Origin: Malacoraja senta
Lineage: Eukaryota
Direction: 5' to 3'
Assembly: GCA_038087875.1 (NCBI GenBank)
Contig: JAXLNO010000362.1
Span: 186,001 to 250,000 of the forward strand
Length of the DNA stretch: 64,000 nucleotides
Part shown: positions 37,526 to 50,714 of the stretch, piece by piece
How positions within the stretch are numbered: position 1 is the stretch's first letter
Layout: the number at the start of each line of letters is the position of its first letter
The notes under the pieces: generated by a model
The model's database searches: none
What the model was told of the DNA's origin: nothing
Seen by the model: the letters and a program-made list of their open reading frames with translations, nothing else
Position numbers and translations under genes: made by a program

Positions 37526-40279
37526 ACAATCAAAGATAGACACAAAATGCTGGAGTAACTCAGTGGGACAGGCAGCATCTCTGGATAGAAGAAGGGTCTT
37601 GACCCGAAACGTCACCCATTCCTTCTGTCCAGAGTCTAGAGATATGGAAGGGTAAGGTGTGAAAACCCATTCTCTCTCCAGAGATGCTGCCTGTCCCGTT
37701 GAGTTAAGCCAGCATTTTGTGTCTATCTTCGGTTTAAACCAGCATCTGCAGTTCCTTCCTACACATGATTACAATTGTTCCATTTACAGTGTACAGATAC
37801 ATGATAGGGGAATAGCGTTTGGTGCAAGGTAAAACCAGCAAAGTCTGATCAAGGATAGTCCAAGGGTCATCAAAAAGGTAGACAGTAGTTCAGCGCTACT
37901 CTCTGGTTGTGGTAGAATGATTCAGTTGTCTGATCACAGCTGGGAAGAAACTGTCCCCGAATCTGAGAATCGGAGAGAAGGAATGGGTGATGTTTTGGGT
38001 CTTCAGACTGAGAGTCAGGGGAGAGAGAGACACAGAGATAAGGAAGTGAAATGTGTGAAAACAAGACAAAGGGAATGAGGTTGGATGAAAATGTAGAATA
38101 GATAATTGTTAGCTAGGAGAAGGTGACAACGAAGCAAACAGAGATAAGATTTAATCAAGGGGACAGTCAGACTGGTCATAGAATAGGAAAGAGGAGGGAT
38201 GGAGAAAGAGGGAAAGCAATGCTACGAAGTTAGAGAAGTCGATATTCATACCGATGTAAGCTGCTCAAGCGAAATATGAGGTGCTGTTCCCCAATTTTCG
38301 TTGGGCCTAACTCTGAGAGTGAAGGAGGCCCAGGACAGAAAGGTCAGAAAGGTATTTCTGTGTCTCCCTCTCCCATGATTCTCAGTATGTATTGTACTCA
38401 ATATTGGGAGCAATTTTGCACCCCATATCTGAGGAAGGATGTGCTGGCTCTGGAGAGGGTCCAGAGGAGGTTTACATGAATGATCCCAGGAATGAGTGGG
38501 TTAACATATGATGAGCGTTTGATAGCACTGGGCCTGTAGTCGCTAGAGTTAAGATGAATGAAGATGGACCTCATTGAAACATGATTGAATGGTGGAGCAG
38601 ACTTGATGGGCCGAATGGCTTAATTCTGCTCCTATCACTTATGACCTTATACAGTACGACTTGCCAGGGTTGCGTGCAAACACTGAATTCTGGTACACAT
38701 GGCAATTATACAACCACACCAATAGATGAGCCGAAAAAAGGGCTGGCTTTCTAAAAGGCCCTTCAGGGGGTGGAATGGGGAGACCACTTTATGTGATGGA
38801 CTGGGCGATATCCACGTTAGGGGCAGCATGGTGGAGCAGCGGTAGAGTTGCTGCCTCACAGAGCCAGTGACCCGGGTTCGATCCTGACTTCGGGTGCTGC
38901 CTGTACGGAGTTTGCACGTTTACAGATTGTATTGTGCTGGCACAAGTAAGAATCTCATTGTACTATCTGGGACATGTGACAATAAAACATTCTTGAATCT
39001 GGACTCTTGACCTGCTTGGGTTTTTTCTGGTTTCCTCCCACATTCCAATGACGTGCAGGTTTGTAGGTTAATTGGCTTGGCAACATTGTAAATGGTCCCT
39101 AGCGTGTGTAGGATAGTGTTAGTGTGCGGGGATCGCTGGGTCGGCACGGACTCGGTGGGTCGAAGGGCCTGTTTCCACGTTGTATCTCTAGACTAAACAC
39201 AGAACTTGTGTGTGAAGAGGTGATCGATAGTCGGCGCGGACACGGTGGGGTGAAGGTCCAGTTTCCATGTTGTATCTCAAAAACTAAACATAGAACTAGT
39301 GTGTGAACGGGTGATCACTGGTCTGCATGGACTCGGTGGGCCGTGGGAACCTGTTTCTGTGCTGTATCTCTAAACTAAACTAAGCTCTCAGCAATGTCTT
39401 GTGGTCTTGGGCAGAGCTGGTCCCAAACCAAAGTGTAATGCAACCTAACAGTGTTCTTTCACAGTTCATGTGGAGAAGTTGGTGTGAATCACTGGAGAAA
39501 TGCTGAACTTCCTTCATCTTTTGAGCAAGATGAGACATCAGTGTGCTTTATTGACCACAGCTTCAATGTAGTTGGTGCAGCGTATGCTGGTGGTGATATA
39601 TACGGTCATGGATTGGAGCAGAATTAGGCCATTCAGCCCATCAAATCTACTCCACCTTTTAATCATGGCTGGTCCATCTCTCCCTACTAATCGCATTCTC
39701 CTGCCTTCTCCCTATAACCCCTGACACCTGTACGGATTCACAATCTATCTATCTCTGTCTTAACAATATCCACTGACTGGGCCGTCACAGCCTTCTGTGG
39801 CAAAGAATTCCACAGATTCAACACCCTCTCACTAAAGAAATTCCTCCTCATCTCCTTCCTAAAAGAACGTCTAATTCTGAGGCTATGACCCCTCCCACTA
39901 GTGGAAAAGTCCTATCCACATCCACTCTATCCAAGCCTTTCACTATTCGGTAAGTTTCAATGTGGTCCTCCCTCATTCTTCTAAACTCGAGCTAGTACAG
40001 GCCCAGTGCAGTCAAACGCTCATCATATGTAAACACACTCATTCCTGGGACCATTCTTGTAAATCTCCTCTGGACCCTCTCCAGAGCCAGCACATCCTTC
40101 ATCAGATGCGGGGCTCAAATTTCTCACAATATTCCAAATGCGGCCTCACCAGCACCTCATAGAGCCTCAGCATTGCATCCATGTTGCTCAATGTATATAG
40201 GTTGCTGGAGTTTTACTGCAATGACTTTCTCTTCCAGACCGGGAGATCGGGTAACTGACGGGATATCTGGGATCGGACA

Positions 40280-40319
40280 ATGATGGGGAGATCGTTCTTC
40301 CTCCTCTCCCTTCTCCAAG
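40280..40319 (+). CDS. Siglec/MAG-like gene: signal-peptide exon (exon from acceptor at 40238)
   Basis: ctttctcttccag acceptor; MMGRSFFLLSLLQ + G|gtacca phase-1 donor; joins AVISGQW. Confidence 0.8.
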
Positions 40320-40351
40320 GTACCATCAGCAGCAACTCAGAAGTGTTTACG

Positions 40352-40585
40352 GGGAGTGATGCACTGTGGGAGGGGCGGTGAGGAGGGAGTGATACACTGT
40401 GGGAGGGGCGGTGAGGAGGGAGTGATACACTGTGGGAGGGGCGGTGAGGAGGGAGTGATACACTGTGGGAGGGGCGGTGAGGAGGGAGTGATACACTGTG
40501 GGAGGGGCGGTGAGGAGGGAGTGATACACTGTGGGAGGGGCGGTGAGGAGGGAGTGATACACTGTGGGAGGGGCGGTGAGGAGGG
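40352..40585. repeat. 33-bp minisatellite, ~7 near-perfect units, intronic
   Basis: (gggagtgatacactgtgggaggggcggtgagga)n. Confidence 0.95.
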
Positions 40586-40721
40586 CCACTCTACCACTAC
40601 GCCACCATGCTGCTCTTCTACCCTCTGTACACACCAGGTCCACAGCGCAGGATACAAGGTGTGGAAAGTCCAGTGAACTGACAGGGTGTTCACTGCTAAA
40701 GATTGTTCCTTCTCTCCTCAG

Positions 40722-41087
40722 CCGTGATATCGGGACAGTGGAGTGCGGACAATCCCGGAGCTGTGACAGCGCAGAATGGTTTGTGTGCACGAATTCCGTG
40801 TCACTACACGTACCCGTCGAACCTGAACAATAAACCACGGACTGGAATCTGGTTTAACAGTGAGATGCAGAACAAAGTTTCTGTAGCCTTCCACTCCGGG
40901 GATCCCAGTCTAGAATCAACAAAGTTTCAGCATCGGACCCGGCTGTCAGGAGTCCTGAGAGACAACGACTGTTCCCTGGTTATAGACAACGTCATGCAGC
41001 AAGATGCAGGTCCTTATTTTTTCAGAGTTGATTTCGGAGAGGGAAATGGTTACAACTTCCACCCTGTAACACAGCTCGGTGTTACTG
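40722..41087 (+). CDS. Siglec/MAG-like gene: V-set sialic-acid-binding Ig exon (D1)
   Basis: GQW...GLCARIPC...GIWF...NDCSLVI...DAGPYFFRVD...GYNF; Siglec cysteine pattern and F-strand Arg; ag/gt phase 1-1. Confidence 0.93.
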
Positions 41088-41543
41088 GTAAGTGCTCTGT
41101 ATAATTCACTCATTCACTCAACAGTTTCTCCCAGCTGTTATCAGGCAACTGAACCATCCTACCACAACCAGAGAGCAGTGCTGAACTACTGTCGACATCA
41201 CTGGTGACCCATCGGACTATCCTCGATTAGACTTTGCTGGCTTTACCTTGCACTAAACGTTATTCCCTTATCATGTATCCATACACTGCAAATGGCTCGA
41301 TTGTAATCATGTACAGTCTTTCTGCTGAGGCAGATAGTTGTTCAGGACCTCTCTCTGGTTGTGGTAGGATGATTCAGTTGCCTGATAACAGCCGGGAAGA
41401 AACTGTCTCTGAATCTGGAGGTGGGCGTTTTCACACTTCTATACCTTGTAAAAACATCCTTGCTCGTGTGGGCCTGGGATTTCGATGTGAACCGATGTAT
41501 CCAGTGATATTTAACTAAAAGTATTTGTTTCTCTGTGTGTTAG

Positions 41544-41825
41544 ATTTCACGGATAAACCCACGATATTCCCTGCTGAATTGGTGGCAGGAAAGCCTGTGA
41601 ACATGACCTGCTCCTTCAACACCACGTGTAATGGAACGGCACCCACCTTAACCTGGGTCACCCCCACTGATGAACCACCGTCAGCCTCACACAGCGTAAC
41701 TCAGCAGGGTGACACTCTGACATATACTTCTGTTCTGTCCCTGACCCCAGTGTTCAAACATCACGGGCAAAACCTCACCTGCAGAGTCAGATACCCAACT
41801 GTGTCATCGGAGCAGACTGTGCAAT
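41544..41825 (+). CDS. Siglec/MAG-like gene: C2-set exon (D2)
   Basis: DFTDKPTIFP...MTCSFNTTCNGTAPTLTW...HGQNLTCRV; extra Cys for the D1-D2 bond; tag acceptor and gtaagt donor, phase 1-1. Confidence 0.92.
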
Positions 41826-42029
41826 GTAAGTATGGAAATTGTTTATTGTGCAGGAACAGCAATAATCTATTAGCAGTGCTGGTACATAAGGTCATAGACG
41901 ATAGGTGCAGAATTAGGCCATTCGGCCCATCAACTCTACTCCGCCATTCAATCATGGCTGATCAATCTCTCTCTCCTAACCCCTTTCTTCCGCCTTCTCC
42001 TCATATCCTCTGACACCCGTAATAATGAA

Positions 42030-42540
42030 ACCAAAAGCTGGAGAAACTCAGCGGGACAGGCTGCATCTGTGGAGAGAAGGCATGGGTGACGATTCAGGTC
42101 GAGAGCCTTCTTCAGACTGAAAGTTACAGGAAAGGGAAACGAGAGATATAGACGATGATGTAGAGAGATGTCGGACCTACCTGATCTCCTGGTTGCTAAA
42201 CCCTTTAATTCTCCTTCCCATTCCCACACTGAACTTTCTGTCCTCGGACTCCACCATTGTCAGAGTGAGGTTAAATGCAAATTGGAGGATCAGCATCTCA
42301 TATTTTGCTTGGGCAGTTTACAGCCCAGTGGTATGTATATTGATTTCTCTAACTTCAGGTAGCCCTGGCATTCCCTCTCTCTCCATCCCTCCCCCACCCA
42401 AGTCGCATCATCTTCTCGTTTTCACCCAACAAACAGCTAACAACGGCCTGTTTCCTTTATCATTGTTAACTTTTTGCATATCTTTCATTCTTTGTTCTAT
42501 ATCTCTCTACACCATCGTCTATATCTCTCATTTCCCTAAA
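42030..42540. mobile_element. Penelope-like element fragments (GIY-YIG tail and terminal repeat); similar pieces at ~11600-12090, 18500-18890, 30220-30468, 37530-38350, 62545-63040
   Basis: VAKPFNSPSHSHTELSVLGL...KLEDQHLIFCLGSLQPSGMYIDF; ctgaagaagggtctcgacccgaaacg motif. Confidence 0.7.
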
Positions 42541-42702
42541 CATAGAACTAGTGCGTGAATGCGTGATCGATGGTCGCCGCAGACTCGTTGGGCTGAAGAG
42601 CCTATTTCCGCAGAGTATCTCTAAAGGCTGAAGACTAAAGTGTTTTACAAGGATTACCGAAAATGCCGCAAAACTGGTTGCAGAATTTTGTTCTGTTTGC
42701 AG

Positions 42703-43399
42703 ACGCTCCCCAGAATTTCTCAATCACTTCCCCCAACAACGTGAACAATTCCTGGGTCAGTATAAAGGAAGGAAACTCTGCAGCGATCCTCTGCTCCGCC
42801 CAGAGTTTCCCAGCGTCTAACCTGACATGGAGACATCGGTGTCATGCTGAACACAACATGTTCCAGCAACGAGCTGTGGATGGACATAGACATAGCCATA
42901 GAAAATAGGTGCAGGAGGAGGCCATTCGGCCCTTCGAGTCACCACCGCCATTCATTGTGATCATGGCTGATCGTCCCCAATCAATAACCCGTGCCTGCCC
43001 TCTCCCCATATCCCTTGATTCCACTAGCCCCTAGAGCTCTATCTAACTCTCTCTTAAATCCATCCAGTGACTTGGCCTCAACTGCCCTCTTTGGCAGGGA
43101 ATTCCATAAATTCACAACTCTCTGGGTGAAAAAGTTTTTACCCCTTTATTCTAAGACTGTGGCCCCTGGTTCTCGACTCGCCCAACATTGGGAACATTTT
43201 CTGTGCATCTACCTTGTCCAGTCCTGTTATAATTTTATATGTTTCTATAAGATACCCCCTCATCCTTCTAAACTCCAGTGAATACAAGCCTAGTCTTTTG
43301 AATTCCCTCAGCTGACAGGGAAGGATGCTGGGGTCTATCAGTGTGTGGCGGAGAATAAACACGGGACAGCAGAGAGGGATGTGACCCTCACTGTAGAAT
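42703..43399 (+). pseudogene. Siglec/MAG-like gene: disrupted Ig exon (D3) with a 2-bp deletion and a CR1 insertion (42885-43299)
   Basis: Paralogous to 52067-52348; CATCGGT versus CATCTCGGT; LWM|CR1|EFPQLTGKDAGVYQCVAENKHG; splice sites intact. Confidence 0.92.
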
Positions 43400-46300
43400 G
43401 TGAGTAGACACACACTGTCATGTCTATGTAAAGGCAGATGGTTTATTGGCCCATGAGAGTTGCTGGAATTCACTACACACCCACTCACACTCTTTCACAC
43501 ACACACATGAACATCATCTCTCACACACACACTCTGTCGCTCACACACTCACACTCACTCAAACACACACACATTCTCTCACAAACAATCGCCACACACA
43601 CACGCTCTCTCTCTCTCTCTCTATCTCTATCTCACACACACACTCACTCACTCACTCAAACACACACACACACACACATCCTCAAGATCTTGGAGAAAAC
43701 CCACGCAGGTCACGGGGAGAACGTGCAAACTCCGTACAGAAAGGCACCAGTGGTCAGGATTGAACCCGGGTCTCTGGCGCTGTGAGGCAGGAGCTCTACC
43801 CACTGCGCCACCATGCCGCCCACATCTACAGTCTTTTGTGTTCCCCACCTGTATGTAGCCTGTCTCACCTCTGCCTGACATTGTTGGATTATATTGGTCT
43901 TTCCACCCAGAAACCTTCAATGCCCCCCTCTATGTATCGTCACTCCTCACGTTGCTTAAACACAAAGTAGTGGAGCAACTCAGTGGGTCAGGCAGCATCT
44001 TTAGTCATATAGAGTCTTACAGCATGGTAACAGGCCCTTTGGCCCAACTTGCCCACACCGGCCAACGAGCCCCATCTACACTAGTCCCACCTGCCCTAAT
44101 TCGGACCATATCCCTCCAAACAAGTCCTATCCATGTTACCTGTCCAACTGTTTTTTAAACGTTGCAATGGTCCCAGCCTCAATTACCTCCTCCGGCAGCT
44201 CATTCCTTATAAAAGGACTGGACAAGCTAGATGCAGGAAAAAAAATTCCAATGTTGGGCGAGTCCAGAACCACGGGCCACAGTCTTAGAATAAAGTGGAG
44301 GCCATTTAAGACTGAGATGAGAATAAACTTTTTCACTCAGAGAGTTGTGAATTTATGGAATTCCCTGCCACAGAGGGCAGTGTAGGCCAAATCACTGGAT
44401 GGATTTAAGAGACAGTTTGATAAAGCTCTAGGGGCTAGTGGAATCAAGGGATATGGGGAGAAGGCAGGCAGGGTTATTGATTGGGGATGATCAGCCATGA
44501 TCACAATGAATGGCGGTGCTGGCTCGAAGGGCCGAATGACCTCCTCCTGCATCTATTTTCTATGTTCCATACACTCACCACCCTCTGCATGAAAACAGTT
44601 ACCCCTCAGGATCCATTAAATCTTCTCCCCCTCATCTTAAACCTAAGTATAGAATCCTAGCGTGCTCAACCTCTCCCTGTAGTCTGAAGAAGGGTCTCGA
44701 CCCGAAACGACACCCATTCCTTATCTCCAGAGATGCTGCCTGTCCCGCTGAGTTATTCCAGCTTTTTGTGTCTATGCGATTACAATAGTGTCATCCACTG
44801 TTTACACATACAAGATAAGGGAATAACGTTTAGTGCAAGAAAAAGCCAGTAAAGTCCGATCAAAGATTAATTCGGGACTGCTCTCTGGTTGTGGTACGAT
44901 GGTTCAGTTGCCTGATAACAGCTGGGAAGAAACTGTCCCTGAATCTGGAGGTATGCCTTTTCACACTTCTGTACCTCTTGACCGATGGGAGAGGGGAGAA
45001 GAGGGAGTTGCTGGGGAGCGACTCATCCTTGATTATGGTGCTGGCCTTGCCAAAGCAGCGTGAGGTGTAGATAGAGTCAACCGCCCAACATGCCCCATCT
45101 ACACTAGTCCCACATGCCTCCATTTGGCCCATGTCCCTCCAAACCTGTGCTATCCATGTACCTGTACAACTGTTTCTTAAACGTTGGGATAGTCCCAGCC
45201 ACAACTACCTCCTCTGGCAGCTCGTTCCATACACCCACCACCTTTATGTTGATAAAAGTTACCCCTCACATTCCATTAAATCGTCTCCCCTCTCATCTTA
45301 AATCTATGTCCTCTGGTCCTCGATTCCCCTACTCTGGGCAAGAGACTCTGTGCGTCTACCTGATCAATTCCTCCGAATGATTTTGCACACCTCTATAAGA
45401 TCACTCCTCATCCTCCTGCACCACAAGGAGTCCCAGCCTGCCCCAACCTCCCTGTAGCTCAGGCCTTGCATCCTGGAGGACAAGGGTAGGTGATGTTTCA
45501 GGTGAGTTACGTCTTTTATTTACTGTTGTCCTCTTGAGTTTCATTGCCTGTATACATCGTTATCACCTACCCCAGAGCCAACAACGGACCATGGTGAGCT
45601 CGATGTTTTACCTGATCATCGTTGCTTTTGCATATCTTTCATTTATTTGTGCCGTTTATATCTCGTTTCCAACTCCCCGACTCTCAGTCCGAAGAAGGGC
45701 CTGTCAGATTTTCACTTACTGTAACTGCAGGAAACATGTTCCTGATGTTGGGGGTGTCCAGAACCAGGGGTCACAGTTTAAGAATAAGGGGTAGGCCATC
45801 TAGGAATGAGATGAGGACAAACTTTCTTCACCCAGAGAGTTGTGAATCTATGGAATTCCCTGCCACAGAAGGCAGTGGAGGCCAATTCACTGGATATTTT
45901 CAAGTGAGAGTTACATTAAGCTCTTGGGGCTAGTGAAATCATGGGATATGTGGAAAAAACAGGAAAGGGGTACTGATTTTAGATGAACAGCCATGATCAT
46001 ATTGAATGGCACTGCTGACTCGAAGGGCCAAATGGCCTATTCCTGCACCTATTTTCTATGTTTATATGTAACTTGCTCATGCTTGAATATATGACAATAA
46101 AACTCGACCACTTGATATTAAAGCATTCATGCATGGTGGAGGTATACTGTAGTCATAGAGTGATACAGTGTGAAAATAGGTCCTTCGGCCCAACTTGCCC
46201 ACACCCGCCAACATGTCCCATCCACACTACCTGCTTTTGTTCCATATCCCTCCAAACCTGTCCTATCCATGTATCAGTCTAACTGTTTCTTCAATGTTGG

Positions 46301-47199
46301 GATAGTCCCTGCCTCAACTACCTCCTCTGGCAGCTTGTTCCGTACACCCACCACCCTTTGTGTGGAAAAATGTTCCCCCTCAGATTCCTATGCAATCTTA
46401 TCCCTTTCACCTTAATTCTGTCCTCTGGTCCTCGATTCACCTACTCTGGGCAAGAGAGTGAATTGAAATGTATATTTCTAATGCATTTTAGATTTATCAA
46501 AACTCTTTATTTTAAAAAAAAGTGATGTTTCCACAAACATATACCCCATTTATTATTGTCATGGTTTGATGATTCTAAATTCAAATCAAAATGATATATA
46601 CGTCAAAAGGACAACGCATACTTTCAAAATACTCTGAATTTTTCCCTGAGCAAAACATAATTTTTAAGACTTTGCAAAACAGGAAATGTTATGATTATTT
46701 CTTGTCCCTTTTTCCAACTACAAACAAAAAAAATAGCACTTGAAATTAGAACATATTTAAAAGTATTTCTGTCAAATTTCCTGTACCGTGTAAGGCACTG
46801 TCGTCGATCCAGGGATGGGGGGGGGGGGGGGGGAGGGGGATGCGGGATATATGCCCCCACTTTTTGAGGTGGGGGGTGGCCTGTATTATTATCGGCCAGT
46901 TTTTGGAGATCGAGCAATAACAAAAATAATAATCACCTGCTCCTATCTCTGATGTGGGCCCTATAATATCTTAAAAATACTTCAAACAAAAAACATTGAA
47001 ATCATACTTCTACAATGCACTAAAACATGATTTTAATGCATCAAATTTCAAAAAGTCCCTACCGTGGGAGAGGGGGCACCCCCCTCTCACACCCTCCTCC
47101 CATTAAGTCGCTCCATTCCCTCGCCGGGTACCCCCAAGGCCAGTGATCAGTGATCGTTCAGCCCCCCCACTTTCAAAAACGCTCCGCGGCCCCTGATTA

Positions 47200-49490
47200 A
47201 CTACCTGCTGACTAAAGACGTTCTTCCTCTCCTCCTTTCTAAAAGAGCGCCCATTAATTCTGAGGCTATGACCACTGGTCCTAGACTCTCCCACCAGTGG
47301 AGACATCCTCTCCACATCCACTCTATCTATGCCTTTCATTATTCTTTAAGTTTCAATGAGGTCCCCACCTCAACCTTCTGATCTCCAGTGAGTAGAGGCC
47401 CGGTGCTGTCAAGCGCTCATCATATGTTAACACACTCATTCCAGGAATCATTCTTGTCAACCTCCAATGGACCCTTTCCAGGGCCAGCACATCCTTCCTC
47501 AGATACTGGGCCCAAATCTGCTCACAACATACCAAATACGGCCTGGTCAGCGCCTTATAGAGCCTCAGCAGTACATCCCTGTTTTTGTATTCCAGACCTC
47601 TTGATATAAATGCTAGCATTGACTTTGCATTCCTTACTACCGATTCGGTTTGCAAATTAGCTTTTTGCTCGTCCTGCACCAGCACTCGCAAGTCCCTTTG
47701 CATCTCTGATTTCTGGATTTTCTCTCCATTTAGAAAATACTCTACACCTTTACTCTTATTACCAAAATGCATGACTTCACACTCTGCAATACTGAATTTC
47801 ATCTGCTACTTCTCTGCCCACTCTACTAACCTGTCCAAGCCCTTCTGCAGAGTCCTTGCTTTCTCTACGCTACCTACCTTAGTATCATCTGCAAACTTGG
47901 CCACAAAGCCTTCAATCCCCTTATCCAAATCATTAATATACAACATTAAGAGAAGCGGCCCCAGCACTGACCCTTGCGGACTCCACTGGTCACTGGCAGC
48001 CAACATGATATAGCTCCTTTAATTGCAACTCTTTGACTACTGCCATTGAGCCAATCCGCTATCCATGCTAGTATCTTCCCTTTAATACCATGGGTTCTCA
48101 TCTTCCCCAGCAGCCTCACGTACGGCACCTTATTGAAGACTTTCAGAAAATCTAGGTAAAGAAACATTGAAAATAGATGCAGGAGTAGGCCATTCGTCCC
48201 TTCCAAGTAGCACCGCCATTGAAAATGATCACGGCTGATCATCCAAAATCAGTAGCCCATTCCTGCTTTCTCCCCATATCCCTTGATTCTGTTCGCCCTA
48301 AGAGCTAATTCTAACTCTCTCTTGAAAATATCCAGTGAATTGGCCTCCACTGCCTTCTGTGGCAGAGATTTCCACAAATTCACAACTCTCTGGGTGAAAA
48401 GGATTTTCCTCAACTCAGTCCTAAATGGCCTACCGCTTATTCGTAAACTGTGGCCCCTGGTTCTGGACTTCCGCAACATCGGGAACATTTTTCCTGCATC
48501 CAGGCTGTCCAATCCCTTCAGAAGTGTTCTATGTTTCTTTAAGATACCCTCTCATCCTTCTAAAGTTCAGTGAATACAAGCCCAGTCAAACCATTATTTC
48601 CTTATATGTCAGTCCTGCCATCCCAGGAATTAACCTGGTGAACCCACGCTGCACTCCCTCAATAGCAAGAATGTCCTTCCTCAAATTAGGTGTCCAAAAC
48701 TGCACACAATACTCCAGGTATGGTCTCATGAGGGCCCTGTACAACTGCAGAAGGCCCACCTTGCTCCTTTTCTCAAATCCTCTCGCTTTGAAGGCCTACA
48801 TGCCATTTGCTTTCTTCACTGCTTTCTTTAATCCACAGCCACCCCTCTGTCTGTCCTGGTATTAACTTCCTCAAAGAACTCCAGCAGATTTGTCAGGCAA
48901 GATTTTCCCTTCACAGAACCATGCTGACTTCGGTCCATTTTATCGTGAACTTCTAAGTACTGCGTAACCTCTTCCTTTACAATTGACTCAAAAATCTTAC
49001 CAACCACTGAAGTCAGGCTAACCGGCCTATAGTTTCTGCTCTTCTGCTTTGATCCCTTCTTGTATAGCGGGATGATATTCGCAAATTTCCAATCTTCATG
49101 AACCACTCCTAACTCTAGTGATTCTTGAAATATCACAACTAATGCCTCCACAATCTCTGAGGCCACCTCATTCAGAACCCTGGGGTGCAGTCCATCCGGT
49201 CCAGGTGACTTATCCATCCTCAGACCTTTCAGTTTTCCTAGCACCTTCTCCTTAGTAATCGCCACTCCACTAACTTCCACCCACTGTCTCTCTAGGATTG
49301 CATGCACACTAATGGTGTCCTCCACGGTGAAGGCTGATGCAAAACAGTTATTCAATTCCTTTTCCATTTCTTGATTTCTCCTGCATCATTCTCCCGCGGC
49401 CCAACGTCCACTCTTGCCTCTTTTTTTACTCTCTATATATATCCATAGAAACTCTTGGTATCCTCTTTTACATTATTGGCCAGCTTACAT
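47200..49490 (-). mobile_element. Nested CR1 fragments (duplicated at ~56150-58440)
   Basis: KSPGPDGLHPRVL, NYRPVSLTSVVGK, KFADDTK. Confidence 0.85.
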
Positions 49491-49818
49491 TCGTACTGAA
49501 GATAGACACAAAAAAGCTGGACTAACTCAGCGGGACAGGCAGCATCTCTGGAGAGAAGGAATGGGTGACATTTCGGGTCGAGGCCCTTCTTCAAGCCGGC
49601 TAGGGATAAGGTAAATGATGGATACAGACGATGATGTACACTAGCAAGTTTGCGGATGACACAAAGCTTGGTGGCAGTGTGAACTGTGAAGAGGATGTTA
49701 GGAGGTTGCAGGGTGACCTGGACAGGTTGAGTGAGTGGGCAGATGCATGGCAGATGCAGTATAATATACATATATGTGAGGTTATCCACTTTGGTGGCAA
49801 AAACAAGGGGGCAGATTA

Positions 49819-50714
49819 CCAATTACCAAGCACTTTATTTGTCCCCGAGGGGCAATTTAAACAAACAATACATTTAATCTGCACCGACCGGTCGACCGCA
49901 TGAGCAGCGACCCGGCAATGGATTGGGTTGTCAGCAGCGATACAATAAAAAGAACACACAAAAAGTAACACAAACATCCACCACAGCATTCATCACTGTG
50001 GTGGAAGGCACAAAAATTTGGCCAGTCCTCCTCCATTTCCCCCCCGTGGACAGGACCAGAGTCCAAGTCAGTCCAGGATCGGCTCTTCCTCACCGGAGAC
50101 CGCGGCTTTAGATTGTTGTGGGCCGCAGGCCGGCGGTCAAGATTTAAAGTCCCTGCCGCAGCCAGAAGCACCGTAGACTGCAGGGCCGGCGGTCGAAGCT
50201 CCCCTCCAGGGGTGATGATAAGTCCATGCCGGCCCCGCGGTAGAAGTTGGCCGCGGGCCGGCAATGATGGCTTCTTCTTCTTCCCCCGGGTCCCCCAAGA
50301 GGGATCCCGGGCTGTAGACGCCGCACCAGCTGGAGCTCTGCAGACCGTGACTTCAGGCTGCGACTTCAGGCTGCCGGCTGCCCCGGGCCAGCGAAACGGA
50401 GCGCTCCCCTCCAGCGAGCCCCAGCGAGGGTTCACCCGCTCCACGCCGAGAGTCCACGCTGCGCCCGCCGCTGAAGCCCGGGCACGTCTCCGGGAAAGGC
50501 CGCGCCGATCCTTGATGTTAGGCCACGGGGGAGGCGACCTGGAAAAAGTCGCCTCTCCATGGAGGAGGCGACCGAAGCGGTTCCCCCTTACCCCCCCACA
50601 CAAGACATACAAAGAAACATTAATTACACATTTTAAAACATACTAAAAATAAAAAATAAAGTTGAAAAAACTGACGCACTGCTGACATGGCTGCTGCCAA
50701 AGCAGCGCCCCCTA
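49819..50714 (-). mobile_element. Young GC-rich SINE-like insertion with CAGATTA target-site duplication, absent from duplicate unit B
   Basis: CAGATTA at 49812-49818 and 50715-50721; single CAGATTA at the empty site (~58764); tail ggggacaaataaagtgcttggtaattgg. Confidence 0.9.

Noticed and set aside
40337..40693. Repetitive ORFs (PPLPQCITPSS)n / (GRGGEEGVIHC)n; superficially array-like
   Set aside because: Translations of a 33-bp intronic minisatellite; no unique spacers, so neither a gene nor a CRISPR array
40722..41087. Assigning the symbol MAG or CD22, or calling it an antigen-receptor V segment
   Set aside because: Too divergent to assert orthology; Siglec cysteine pattern and a splice donor rather than an RSS follow the exon
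43438..43785. His/Thr/Leu-Ser-rich ORFs (also 52387-52758)
   Set aside because: Produced by (CA)/(CT) microsatellite plus a SINE
46796..47195. Possible MITE with CACTGGC...GCCAGTG ends (also ~55755-56146)
   Set aside because: TIRs very short and no TSD could be established
49857..50646. 251-aa and 177-aa GC-rich ORFs
   Set aside because: Inside a non-autonomous repeat; no recognisable domain and not conserved in the 19.2-kb copy
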